64,000 bases of DNA from Raillietiella orientalis. Lineage: Eukaryota. Of the stretch, positions 11,701 through 24,230 are shown in pieces (positions within the stretch are counted from its first letter, which is position 1; every line of letters starts with the position of its first letter). The stretch is taken from positions 1,364,001-1,428,000 of the forward strand of contig JAYWIR010000041.1 in the NCBI GenBank assembly GCA_036172245.1. Direction: 5' to 3'. The notes beneath the pieces were generated by a model. That model was given only the letters and a program-made list of their open reading frames with translations. It was not told the origin of the DNA and made no database searches. Both the position numbers and the translations under genes were made by a program.

Positions 11701-14700
11701 AAACTCGACATGTCGCTGCTGGGTCGGATGCACTGTCTATCGTGATGTCTGGCATGCAGCTTCCCAGATGACCACCCATCGGATCCTCAAGACCCCCAGC
11801 TAGTTCTTGAACTTCCCGGTGCCGTCAGGTCGGCATCTTGAAGCGGCTGCTGCAGACGCGGTAATCTGTTACTTTCGGGACACCAAGGCATCCTCTGGCT
11901 CTCAGTAGATCGTTCTACTCTGCTCAGCAAACTCAGGCATTTCTTAATCTGCCGGAGGACCCCAGTGTTCAGCGAGACCCCCACCGGTTTCTTCAATTCC
12001 TCGAGTCCCTGCAGGTGGACGAGAAACCCAGCAAGTGAAAGCTCCTTATGACGTCCATTTCTTTGCCAAGGGGAAAGTGTGGATTTCAAGATGACGACTG
12101 TCTTCTCAAGCAGTTGCTCTGCTGCTCGCAAGAATCTTTCGAACTGCCAGAGTCCACGTGATCTCAGTTTGATGTCATCTAGAGATTCTCCCCATCTTCC
12201 GCATCTTCTGGACGGTGTGTCCGGTGGGCGAAGCCCCAAGATGTTCTCGGGAGTTTCTGATTCTGTCGGTTCTTCGTTGTCCGCCGGAGTGCAAGCAACA
12301 GGCTGCGACCGTGGTCCATGAAGCAGCTTTGGGGGCTACGCGTCTCCTTCTGTGCTGCTCTTTTGGCGCTTATGCTGGATGATGCAAGAGTGACGCGGCG
12401 TCCAGCAAGTCCAGCTTGGCTGCTTCCCGGGGCACCAGACATGACTTCGGTTTCGAATCCGTTCCCGAAGCAGAGCAGCTAGCGGTTGCCAACTCTCTCT
12501 TCTTGGTGTGGTCTGACTTGGTGGTCTCGGCGTCCGCTTAGCCGAACGCCAGCCAGCGGTTTTCAGCGCTTCTGTCCGGACGCTCAGCAGCTTGCCTGGT
12601 GGGCGATTCGTTCAGGGGCAGGGGGTCGAGTGGGGTCTCGTGGAGGAACCCGGAATCTGCGAACCGAAGGTGTCGGCCGCTGTACGGAAAATACCCCGAA
12701 GTCCTGTGCTGCGCGGAGGAGGACACGGCCATCTCTTGGTTCCGATGTTCTGCGATGCAAGACGGCCGTGCTGCCTCGTCTCAAACTATGATCAGGCTGG
12801 AGGTGGGGTCTGTGGAACGTGGAGCCACCAGATGTGACCTTGCCCTATCAAATGTCCAGACCGGCTCAATCCTTCCGGGCGCCCTCCCTTCCACTGCCTA
12901 GATGCTTTGGGGATCCCTACGGAGTCTGCCCCTGTTTCCGCCAACCACTCCAGATCCTCATCCTCTGGAGGTGATTGCAGCCTCTTCTTAAGGATTGGGC
13001 ACTCCTGGATGCCTGTTCGGAACTGTTGAGCTCCTGCTATCAGCTCTGTTATCCTGGCTAATTCAGACCTCCGGTGCGCCTGCTCTCGCAAAACAGGGCA
13101 AAGTTCAGGCCTCGGCGAAGGGGATGCCAAAGGTGAGGAAATGCGGAGGAAGTTTTTGAAGGGGGTTACGCGGAAGGGCGGAAGACTAGCAGGATCAGGA
13201 AGAGCGTTCGTGAGCGACTTCGAGAGACGCCACTCGGTTCTCTTGAAGACAAGCATCTGGTTGACGAGGAAGGAAGGAAGGTTTGCAGATTTCCGGCCTC
13301 TGGAGAGTGAGGCTCCATCACAAACTCCAGACGCCCTTGATGCCGCACAACGCGCCCCGAGGAGGAATGGTACCAGGGAAGAGCGGAGAACGTTCGAGTC
13401 TGGAAGCGGACTGCCGATGCTGGTCCATTGGTTCAGCTGGAAACGGAGCTCCGTGCGCCCTGTGAGAGCGTAGGCAAATCGAGACCGTTCGAATTTAAAA
13501 GAAACGAACGAACACAAAACAAAAGAAAAAGGCAGGGGAAAACGTTCGAGGCAGGAAGCGCCGCTTTTCGTCTCCCCCGCTTGCTCGGAACGCGAGCTCG
13601 GAGAGAGCCGGCGGCGCACACGCGGAAGTGGACGCGTGGATCGGCGCGCCGCGGCACGGATGTCCAGGTGAAATCGGCCGGAAACGCGCGAGGAGGAAAC
13701 GGCTCCCGAGGGGGAGGGGGGACCATCGTCCTTTCCGATCTGTTCCCTCGGCTCCCGCCTCGACCACCGGGTTCGAGGCGCACACAAATGGGGGCGAGCG
13801 CGCAAGCCGCCTCCTTCGATTACCGCTCGTTTGGGGCTAAAGTGACTCGGAAGCGACTCGAAGCGATGCGCGTCCCCAAAAGCACGGGAGAAGGAGGAGG
13901 AGTTTCCTCCTCTTAGGGAGCTGCTCGGCGGGTCCTCGGGCGGGTAGTTTTCCGGGGAGCTGACTCTGCGTAACGAGCGATCGCCGAAAACCGTCTCCGT
14001 CGCCCCGATGCGACGATAAATCTGCGCCGAGAGCGCTGCAGCGGCTCTCGGACGCTGAAACTCGCTCGCCCTGGAAAGCGAAAGCGAAGAGGGCAGCGAC
14101 ATTGATGATTGATTGATGATCGCCTATCTTCGATTTTTCTGTCCCTTTGTTCCCCTCCTCCCCCCCCTGCTTCCTTCCATTTTGCCACGCATCTCGCGGT
14201 TGTCCCCTCCCCCCTTCGCCCCCATTGTGTGTTCCGCTACAAAAAAAAACAAAGCAAAACAAAAAACAAAATGGAGAGCAGCCCGAAGGCACTGTTGCCG
14301 TCGTCACCGCCGTCAGAGAAAGAGGAGCCAAGCGAGTGGAAAGCGCACCGGACCAGAAGATCGCAGCCTCCCTTCTCGCTCCCTACGTGACATTGTCTTT
14401 CCTTGCTTGCTCCGTCCGCCGGACTCCCATCCGAGCCATTCCTTTTCCGCAGATGCGGTTAATTGCTCCGCCGTCACGATCCGGCAGGATAAGATCTACC
14501 TCCACAATGGGAGCTGCTGGATTTCCGAAGATCGTTACATTCATTACGTCATCGCGTATTCGCCGCAGATGACGCCTCTCGGCGGCGTTAACTGAACCGT
14601 AAATTGCGTTCATTTACATAAGTCCGTCACGCTATCGCTAGCCACCCCGGGCCTTCCTCCGCGGTAATTACCCGCCGAGGAGTCATTCATGACACATGTT

Positions 14701-14836
14701 AGACGCGTACGCATGCCTTTTCCTCGAAATTAAATACTTTGGTGAATCCAGTGGGATTCCCTCTGTCTTTTTGTTTTCCTTGGCTCTTCTCCCTCCCCCT
14801 CTCTCCTTTTTGTGTGTATATGTGTGTACGTTTCTT

Positions 14837-14862
14837 TGTGTGTGTGTGTGTGCGTGTGTGTG
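14837..14862. repeat. Imperfect (TG)n microsatellite
   Basis: tgtgtgtgtgtgtgtgcgtgtgtgtg. Confidence 0.9.
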
Positions 14863-17800
14863 AGTTTTTTTTTTTTTCCTTTTTGCTGCGCTGGAGAGTT
14901 GCTGGTGGGGAGAACCTCTCGGAGGCGTCGGCGTCAGCAGCAGCACGCAAACAAGATGGTTATTATCCCGACCCGGCTGCGCAAGCCCGTCACTTTAATA
15001 AGTAATGAAATGCGCCCAGAGGACGGCCTGCCCGCAGAAGTGTCAGCCGTGTCCGAACGGGGGGGGGGAGAGAGTGTGGGTTCATAATTTGACGGTGGGG
15101 ATAGCACCGGACGTGTTTCTCTCCCTTTCCTTTCCCCTCCTCTCTTCCTTCCTTTTGGTCCCTTTCTTCCATCCACCTCCTTCCACTTTGCACCCTCTCC
15201 CACCAGCCTCCGGCTCTTCGCCGGTCACCAGGGAAGCGTTCCGCCGGGCGCGTTGCGGGGCGCCTGCCGACACAAAGCCGGCGCGATTTTCCGTCGCCTG
15301 GGATTCCTGCAAGGATGCGCCAGCAGCCTCGCATTTCCGGCGAGGCAAGCGAACATGTGCGCGCGTGCACGCGCGAGGGCTCCGTGCACGCACGTGCTCG
15401 CCCGCTCGTGTGCCGCCTATTGTTGTTGCTCCTCCTTGCTGCCTCTTCCCTCCCTCTTCTCCTTGCTGCCTGAAGGAGGAGCGAGAGGGAAGAGGAGGAA
15501 GGAGGGAGAGGGTGGAGAGAAAGCAACAAACAAACAAACTAAAACACCTGAAGAAGTTTTCTTTCGCTTCCTTCCCACTCCCACAGGATGTCGAACTTCC
15601 GGATCAGACGGCGCTTGAGAAATTTGGGGCGGAGAGGGGAGGGGGGGGTAGGTCCCTGCTGCTCAGGAAATCTCCGTCTCAGCCCTCTCGAGGCCGCACG
15701 TGCGCTCGCAGCCTCCGCCCGTGGCAGGCGGCCATGCGGACATCCATCCTCTCCCAGAACCGTCGCGATTTTCTCAGCCCCGGGTAGAGCCGCGATTTCG
15801 ACAGGAGCCTCCACGCACCGTCTGGTGGGAAGGGGAGGGGAAAAGGGGGGGACGCAGGCACGCAGAATTTTTCTTTTTTTTTTTTTCCTTTTTCCTTCTT
15901 CGAGTCCCTGCGGCGGCCCGCGGAGTTGCTTTGGCGCTCGTGCTGCGGTCCAGTGTCCTCTGTGCTGCGGAGGAAACTCCGCTACTTGCTGCTGGACAGC
16001 ATAATTAAACAGTGCTCCTCCCAATTCACCGCCCCCCATCAGTGGTGATGGCTGGCAATTAGGAGTTCCGCAAAGAGCAAGAAGCGATGTGGTGTGGCTC
16101 TCGTCTCGCCAGCGTAAGCACTTCGATCGCGTCGCCCGCAGAGAGCTCCCAGCTTGCCGAGGTCCGCGGGCGCTGAGTCGTTCCAGTGGGGTCCCGCCAC
16201 GTCTTTGACCTCGGAAGGTGTGCGGCTGACCGCCCAGGGAGGGCCGCATTCCGACTACGGAAGTCGTCCTCCCCCTTGCTTCCGCTGCAGGCGCGCATCC
16301 GGATCGTCGGCTCCGTTGGATGCGTTCAAAAGGGAAACCCCCGGTGCTTCAAAGCCCAAGGCTGCGGGTTCGAACCCCAGCGATTTCAACACTCGTTATG
16401 GTTTCGACAAGGAACACCCCCGATGCCCCGGAACCCGTCACCAGCTCTTCTCCGGCAGCAACGAGACTGGACAGGTCGAGGAAGCAGAGGATGCCGCGGG
16501 AAAGAGTCATCCCGTCGGGTGCTTTCACGTGGATCGCCAAGAGCAGCGATGTTCTGGAAAAGCTGGGAACTCCCAGAACCCCCACGCCAGGCATGTCGTC
16601 GGGATGGTGGTGCAGTCGTGGGGGCCGGGGTCTGGCTGGGACGCCCTCGCTGCGGGCGACCGAGCAAGCGCGCCTGCGCAGTCGAGCCGGCCGCGAGGCA
16701 GGGCCGGCGGCGGCATTGTTGCAGCGAGCGCGCTCGGCCGACGCTTCGGGCCTGCGGGAAAAGGTTGCGGGTGTGAACTCCCGGTGGTCAGCTAACCTTT
16801 TCTCCCGAGCGCCGGCCAAGGGATGCAACACTCTCCTCCCCACGCACACGCATTCCGTGTGAATGCCATTCGCGGACCAGACCTCACAGCCAACAACTAC
16901 GAAAGGGGGAAGCAAGGTCGGGCGGGAGGCGGCGGATGCTGCGGGAGGAATCTATCTCCTGCATTCTTTCTTGTAAGCCGGAACCTTTCATAGAAATGGA
17001 GGACCGCGAGGGAGAAATCGTATGCGTGTTCCGCTCTGCTCGTGAATCGATGCGGAGGACCACCGACCGCCGCGCAACGCTGGAACTTCGAGCTAGCAGG
17101 CGTGGCGCAGCGGCGTAAACAACACCCCCTCGGTGCCCAGCGGGCAGTTCGAAGGCCCCTCGCCTTGATAGGAAACAACTACTGCAAGCACCCGTCTCTT
17201 GGGCAACGACCGCGAAGCCGGGACAGAGTGCGGGGATGGGCTGGAGAATGCGCCTTGCCATCTCTTCACACAATGCATTTACCAACTTACCAGCCTGACT
17301 CGACTAATTCATCTTTGCTGCATCCCGGGGAATGCGTGGCACCATCGTGAGCAACAAACCCCTCGAGGGGGAGCCGGAGGACAGCATGGTCAGCACCAGG
17401 AACGGATTGACTCCGAAAACCGGTGATGCAAATCGCATCCAAAATCCTGGGGTGGCTTCCCAAATCGCCGATGGGGCGCGGCGTTTGATGTGAGACGTCA
17501 GCCGTGGAGCAGGAAGAGGAAAGGGAAGGAAGGGGGGGGGGGAAGATTTTAGGGGAGGGTGTCTCAAAGTCGTGTGAAGTCGTCTCTCTTTTCTACCGGT
17601 TCTTCTGCTTGCAGAGTGGAAGCGGGGAGCTGAGCTCGACAGCCGTTCGATTTGTGCGGTCGCCTCGCTATCGAAGACACTTCCGTAAGCCGAGCCGGTG
17701 TAAATAATTTAGAATATTTTCTGGATGTGCTTTTGCATCTCTCGCTGTCAGCCTCCTTCGATTATCGCCGTATTTAGTGTTCCCTTGAGCAAATCAAACG

Positions 17801-17989
17801 GTTTTGCTGATCGGAGAGGCCAAAAAAAAAATTCGATATTTTTTCCCCCGGGAGGAGAAAAAGCTTTTCTCTCTGTTCCTTCTCCAGAAAAAAAAAAAAA
17901 AAGAAAAAAAAACCTTCTAAAATTCGGCGATTATCTCGAGATCTCCGAACCGTAGTTTAAAACGCTGCAAGCAGCAAGGTCCTCTGAGA

Positions 17990-20900
17990 ATAGCATCAAA
18001 GCTACCCGAGCACACGACGGAAGGCGCTGTTTCCACAGATAAAGTCTGTACTCGAGGAGATCGTGGAAATCAACTGCACAGGCCCTGTCCAGAAACCTGT
18101 ACACTTCGAGAAAGGGGTCGCTGAGAGATACCTGACTTTCCCATTGCTGCTGCTGCACACATGTTAGGTTCCCTGAGGTTCAGTAGACCTTTGGCGGCCG
18201 CACCTAGGGTGCGAGGTGAAAGGGTTCCGTTAGGGAGGAATTCCCTCTGAATGCTGCCGGTGATCTCTCAAGAGTCAGAAAGTCTCTTTTCCCGTGACGT
18301 GAATTCTCGCAAACGTTTGCTGACCTTTGAGCTGGGGTAGTCTCTTAGCTACTAAGAACATCGACCGATTCTCCAGTCGACTTTTGAGCGCAAAATGAAA
18401 CAGAAGCTAGCGGCCCGGGATCGGTCCAATCCCGTGCTCGTATGGAAGAGCCGTCAGGAGTGCAATGGACCCTTATGCGGGAACGGGAGGGAGCTTTTCC
18501 CGAGGCACGAAGTCAGATACATCTTCTACTCTTCCATCAACAATATGCCCACCTTGCAAACCGTTCCTTGGAAATTCCTGCTGCAATCTGCTCCCATGTT
18601 TTCACTGGGAAGACCGTGTTCTGCATACCCGCTGTTGATTGATTGTTCGATCCATGGTCACATCTTACAGCAGGAGAACCTGGAAGAGGAAAACACGGAA
18701 TACTCTGTCTTCTGCGACGCAATTCGCAACATCTTCCATTTTGCGGGGGGTTCTTTTAGAGGGCCCCTGTAGACTAGGTGGCAGACGGATCCAAACATCC
18801 AAATATAGCGTTCGTGCTTTGATGTAATAAATCCATGTTTAATAATACATGATTGGCAAAAGAATAACGAATGCGGTTCGCAGACGTGGGCTGAACGAAG
18901 CAGCAATCTGTTTTTCAGCGCCCAAGTTATTCTGACGTCATCCAGAGAAACAAAATAATGCTTTAGAATGCAAAAAAAAAAAAAATAATAAACGAAGAAA
19001 GGTAGCATCCCGACTTGATGTGAGGCTGCAAGAAGAATGGATCCGGTTCAAGCATTGTACCATGATAGCTTTCTTCAGATCAGGTAATGCTCCTCATCTT
19101 CTTGAATTGTTTCAGCAAGTTCTACATGTCATGCAGGGTTTTTCCTTTTTTACCATCATGGTCTCAAAATTTAAACTGGAAGCCTCCTGTATTTGACCGC
19201 ACGAAGTGAGATCTTCATTTAGGTGAGGCAGAAGTGCTTCTTGATCTGCGTGTGTGTGTTTGTTTTTTCCTCATAAGACTGGGCGCAGGATTTGCGCACG
19301 CTGCCTACCCAAGTGGACGCTGGTTAACCACCAGCGATGGATCGGTAACAAGTGCCACCTACAGTTCTCGAGATTTTGAAACGAACCCCATCAATGCACC
19401 ATGTATCTATCATCTCGTCGCAGGCTGTTGCAGGGATACTCCTGTTGTACCCTGAGATGTTTGCATCGGGAATAGCTTTGTGTTTCTGTGTTCGATTCGA
19501 TTGCCAGAAGCAAGAGCAGCTATCGCAGCATCCCCATCTGAGAAGCTGAGTCGGATACATTGTGGAGTCGTGGAGTAGTAGGGCTGTTGCTTCCGACATA
19601 ATCTCAAAACTTGCTGCCTACAAAGTGACATGAGTAACTTGGAATGATCACGTGTTAAGTAGATGTTAATAAGAAGGGATATCTCTCGGGATACCACGCA
19701 TGCTGGCTTCCATTTCATCTTGCATTCCAGCTACGAAAAGCAGCAGATTGTCTTTGAATTTTTACAAGGAACCAGGGCGATCAGATGACGTAACTCCATT
19801 TCATCCTAGGAAGCATGAAGTTTGGACGTGTTTGTTACATCGAGCATGCAGACTCCGGATGTTCGACTAGAGGAACCAGCTCACAGGAAAATGGCTTCCC
19901 CTACCAAAGGATCTGGATGCTGCACAAGAGCAGATTCGTTGACAGGGTCCGAAGCCATCGCTCTACCCGGAAAAAAGAAAAAAGAAAAAACCCGTTGATT
20001 CCGCAGAAACTGAAATCCATGCGATTGGAAAACAAAATTCGCGCGGAGGTTTTTGTCAGCTCCAGAACGAGCATGCACACATACGTACATGCGTGTCAGC
20101 AGAGCACGAGAGCACGGATCCGGCTGCATTCAAACCGCACGTGCCCATCCGCGAAAAAAATTGCACCGGATTCCCCTTTGCTTCCTGTGATTACGATATT
20201 ATGTGCGTATAACAAATAAATTTCGAGCTTGCGAACTCCTGGATCGTTCTGTAAAGCGTTCCGGGATGCATGTAATTTACGGCCTGCTCGTCTGACTCCA
20301 TTTGCATGGAGCAAAGAAAAATGGTACGTGGGAAGGAGTTACTGTGCAACTTTGACATATATCGTCTATCCAGTAAATTTCCTTCGCTCGTCCCTCTCCT
20401 AGGAACAAGGAGGATGTGCGAAACGCCCAAATATAAACTAAAGGGACTTTTTGGATTTTTTAAAAATAGTTCCCGTTGCGTTTAAAGTATCAATATTTTG
20501 CATTGGTTGTCAAATGAGAAGTTATTTCTTGGAACAAAGTTCGTGGGTCCTGCTACCAATTGACTGTCTTTGTAAATTTTTGCTGAAAGGATGCCAATTA
20601 GCTCCCTGCGAGCCCAGTCCCTGTGGCCCAAGTGTTGCCCAATGCGAGTTTCCGGCCGTCTTGCGAAAGCATTTCGCTCTGAAGAGCTCGAAGAAATTTC
20701 CGGTTAGGAATGCTTGATAAAAATCTCTCGAGGAGCCTTTTTTTGGGTGGTTTCCTCGCCTGCGAAAGGGTTTGGGCTTCGGGAAAACCGAGTGGGTTTT
20801 GCCTCTTGAGGGCCTTTTTCGTTTTTGTTCAGCCACTGTTTCCTCCCGTTCGCCGCCCCTGGTCTCAGCAAGGGTGCGTCTTCGCACCGAGCGCCATCAA

Positions 20901-23900
20901 GTCGGCTACCCCTCTAGAGATTTCATTTGTCGAAAGTAAAGTCCGCAACGTTCTCCAGCCGTCTTTGCGAACTCCTCTGTCACTCGACGGAAGCATCTGA
21001 ACCGGTCCGCGCAGCAGCAGCGTTCGCGCGCAGCTTTCAGCATCTTAATGAGGAACGCAAGCATGGAGCGTCTTCACTTCCCTTCGCGAGGCCAATTCAC
21101 ATGCGGGAAAAGAAAAAAAAAAAAAAATGCGTTGAGGAATTCTTTTCCGAAAGGCTGAGCTTCTTAAACTTGCGGTGCTTTCCAGATGAGCTCCACAAAG
21201 TACACGTACTGAATGGACATGAATCAGTAGCAACAGACCAAACACGAACTCTTGTAAGGGATGGAAGAGAAGCCAATCGGGGCGGTGCAAAGAAACTACC
21301 TGATTCGTTGCTTTTCCGCACTTCCGATGAAGCACGAGTTCCCTTGATGCACAGCTCCACAGAATGCATGACGCGATGCCACGTGTTTGGCATAGAAAGC
21401 CACCGACTTCACTGCAACCATCTGAAACGCACGAGGATAAATACCAAGATCCCATATGTTTTCCGAGAGAGCTGGCGAAGCATCGGGAAGACTAGAATCT
21501 TCTCGCGATTTTTGTTCACGGCATGGACGCTCCGATTGCGCTTGCTGCTGATCGCTTACCACGACCTGTAACTTCTCACGAGGTCTTCCCAAGTGCCTCT
21601 ACAGCTGCATGTACGTCTACGCTTTACTAGACAGTTGCCCAAGGTCCGGCAGCCACCTCCTTGAATTCCAATCCTTATACTAATCCGCAAATGTGCAGGT
21701 ACTCCTTCTGCAAGCGCAGACAGCAAGTTGTCTTCCTTGTTCTGCCTTGCGGTCACCTAGGAAACCTGACTACGAAATGTCGTTCGACTGGGTGGCTCAC
21801 CGGCGTCCGCGTTCCACGGGGCGACAGCAAGACCGAGCGCGCGCGCCCAAACCGAAATCCTGGTCTCTCAGATGAGCCTAAAGCTCACTTGCACGGCTGA
21901 AGAGCAGCCCGAAACAACGTGGAAAAATGCTTGAACGCGAACCTGCGGCTCTCGAAGAAGTTGCTAAGAACCCGGGGCGAGCTAGCTCGGGGCGGAGGAA
22001 AGCCGTCTTCGGAGCATTTCAAGGAAGCACTCTTTGATGCCTAGAAAGAAAACATCTCAGCAGCGGGGAGGACGAATCATTCCCCGAGCACCTTCCGGAA
22101 GAAATGAGACTGCTCTGGTCGGAAAGAAGCTGAGACGGAGCTGCAGCGTTCACCGCCTGTCGGAGAGATTCACAGTCCAGACGTCTTCCCCAACTCAAAA
22201 GGATTTCTTTGCTTCGCTGAACTTTAGAAAGGAAATCCCCGTTCTTGCCTCCAGCTTTAAACGGCAAAAGCAATCAAACATTCTGCTGCTGCATTTGCTC
22301 AGACTACTGAGACATACCTGTTACGCACTTCCTTGAATGAAAACTGATCTAAGGAAAAGACAGGTTTCTAATTTCTTTCCTCTGATCTCGAACAATTTCT
22401 ACAAGCCTTTAATCCCGTCAATGGGGAAACATTCCGGAAAGAACACGCAGCAGTAAAAATTCGTGCTAAGTAGGTTTTAATACGCTTCACGAGTTCCTCC
22501 TTCAGCTGGTGATTTTCGTGTCGCCAAGATGGATAACCTGAAATTTTTGGCACGACACAACGATGGACTTGAATGTGCACAGTGTTTGTTTTTTTTTTTG
22601 GTTCTTCCAGCTCTCTAGTACTTTTCAAAGAACTCAGTGCTGATTCAGCAGGTGGGTGTTTATTGTGCATGGGTGGGTGGAATGAACACATTTAGTGTAT
22701 TAGTTCCTGGACCGCAATAAGCTCCAGCGGAAATCGGTGTAGCAGATGCACATCATTGCGCCTGCATAATACGTCTGTTTGTGGTGTCAACCTCTTTGCC
22801 TGCTACTTAAAGCTATCCTCTGTGCTACAAATTCCTCTGCAAATAACACCAACTGCAGGTTTAAAAGGATAAAGCTCTTGTATTCCTGAAAGTCCTAAAT
22901 AGGGCTGGAATAGGACTAACAAAACCCAATCTAATCCTCTCTACATGGAATCGCTGGGAGGAAGAGCCATAAATTACCGTTCATGGAATTTTGGTGATGA
23001 AATCAGCTTCTCAGATAGCACGAAACGAACCAACTTAACATTTTTAATTTAAGATGCTGCTGGGAAGGCGTTCATCTGGAACATTTCAGTAGCAACGAGC
23101 GCTCCGCAGATGAGTGCAAAGAAATGATTCCAGAGGTATTTTTCATCTTTCATGGCTGCTTGAATTTATTTTGCTTGTGCTTCCAAAAGAAAAACCCCTT
23201 CGTTTTTTTCCCAGAAATCAATTTTTTTAAAATAGAATTCAATTGGAAAGATCCTCATCACATCTGAATGAACTAAAGCATTGTTCTTCATGGAAGAAGA
23301 GCGTCTTGAAAAATTCAATTTAATGGATGTGGAGAAAATGAGAGGCGTTGCTTGGAGGTTTTTCTCTGCTGAAAGACAATCGACATCTCTTTCCAAATCC
23401 CGGAGTCAGAGCTGCAGAAATGCCAGAGAAGGAAGACTGAAATCTTGGAAACTTCTCAGATCTCACCAGAGCTCTTCCTTTCCATCCTCCTTCTTGCTTT
23501 CCCGCTTCCCACTCACCTCGATTCTGGCTCGTGGACAGCCATGCATCATCCAGCAATTCGGTTACCCAGATCGACGCCTCTTGTTCTCTGTCAAGCGTCT
23601 TCTCGCGTACCGTGGAGGCAACCGAAGTCCTCAAGCAGTGACGCCAGCGTCCACCAGACTTTCTACTGGGGAAATTTAAAAAAGCACGTCACATCTCCGA
23701 ATAGTATCCAAATGCTTCATTCGCACCGGTCCGACTATCATGAGCACCCCTCTTGTTCAGAATGTTGACGTCGTTGGTATTGAAGTGCCACCGTTTCGTA
23801 TTTTGTTCGCTGCTCGAACCATGTGTCAGCATGTCACTCAGAAAATGAGAACATTGCCGAATTTCTATTTAAATTCGGGCAAACACGAAGAAAGGATGAA

Positions 23901-24230
23901 TCCAAGCACGAGCAAGTCTTGTCCGCTTTCCCTGCAGCAACCATAACAACAACAAAAGAGAGCTCGTCTTTAGCGTAGCAAGAAGCCAAATAGGAGGGGG
24001 AGAAGGCACATTGTCAGGGTCAAGGGTGACTCTGAGAGGTAAAGCGACCATCGTCACCAAGGGAATGCAAATTCGGAAAACAGAAAATCGGAAATCTTTC
24101 CGCACGACCGCAAAAGGGGAAGCAAAGATGGGATGGACAGCCGGTTTTCGAGCTCGAACGCCTGAGGAAATGCTCCCAAGACTTCATTCTGGAGATCGAG
24201 CAGGTATCAGTGACTCTCTCGCAAGGGTCA
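17990..24230 (+). pseudogene. Cluster of about 6-8 degenerate extended-Tudor-like units
   Basis: IKSVLEEIVEIN...FEKG (18040); HEVRYIFY...LQTVPWKFLL (18505); AHAAYPSGRWL (19295); ISSLRTPGSFC...KEKWYVGR...YIVYPVNF (20220) followed by LLPIDCLCKFLLKGCQLAPCEP (20547); YVFRESWR...YALLD...LY*...LLLQAQTASCL (21455-21735); SPSTF...KGFLCFAEL* (22081-22227); DPHHI*M...ARGQPCII...PQAV (23250-23640); LERLRKCSQDFILEIEQVSVTL (24150). Confidence 0.55.

Noticed and set aside
10976..12540. Stop-codon reassignment to explain frames broken by single stops
   Set aside because: All three stop types and frameshifts occur, and 839 plexin codons contain no in-frame stop.
12792..14102. 436-aa minus-strand ORF
   Set aside because: Runs through an intron-like T-rich tract and GC-rich sequence where stops are rare; no recognisable domain.
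16360..16385. GGGTTCGAACCC, a tRNA T-loop/B-box-like motif
   Set aside because: No A-box, acceptor stem or cloverleaf in the flanks.
21700..21785. RING-like FCKRRQQVVFLVLPCGHL
   Set aside because: Remaining Cys ligands are not correctly spaced, and an overlapping frame fits the Tudor-like tail.
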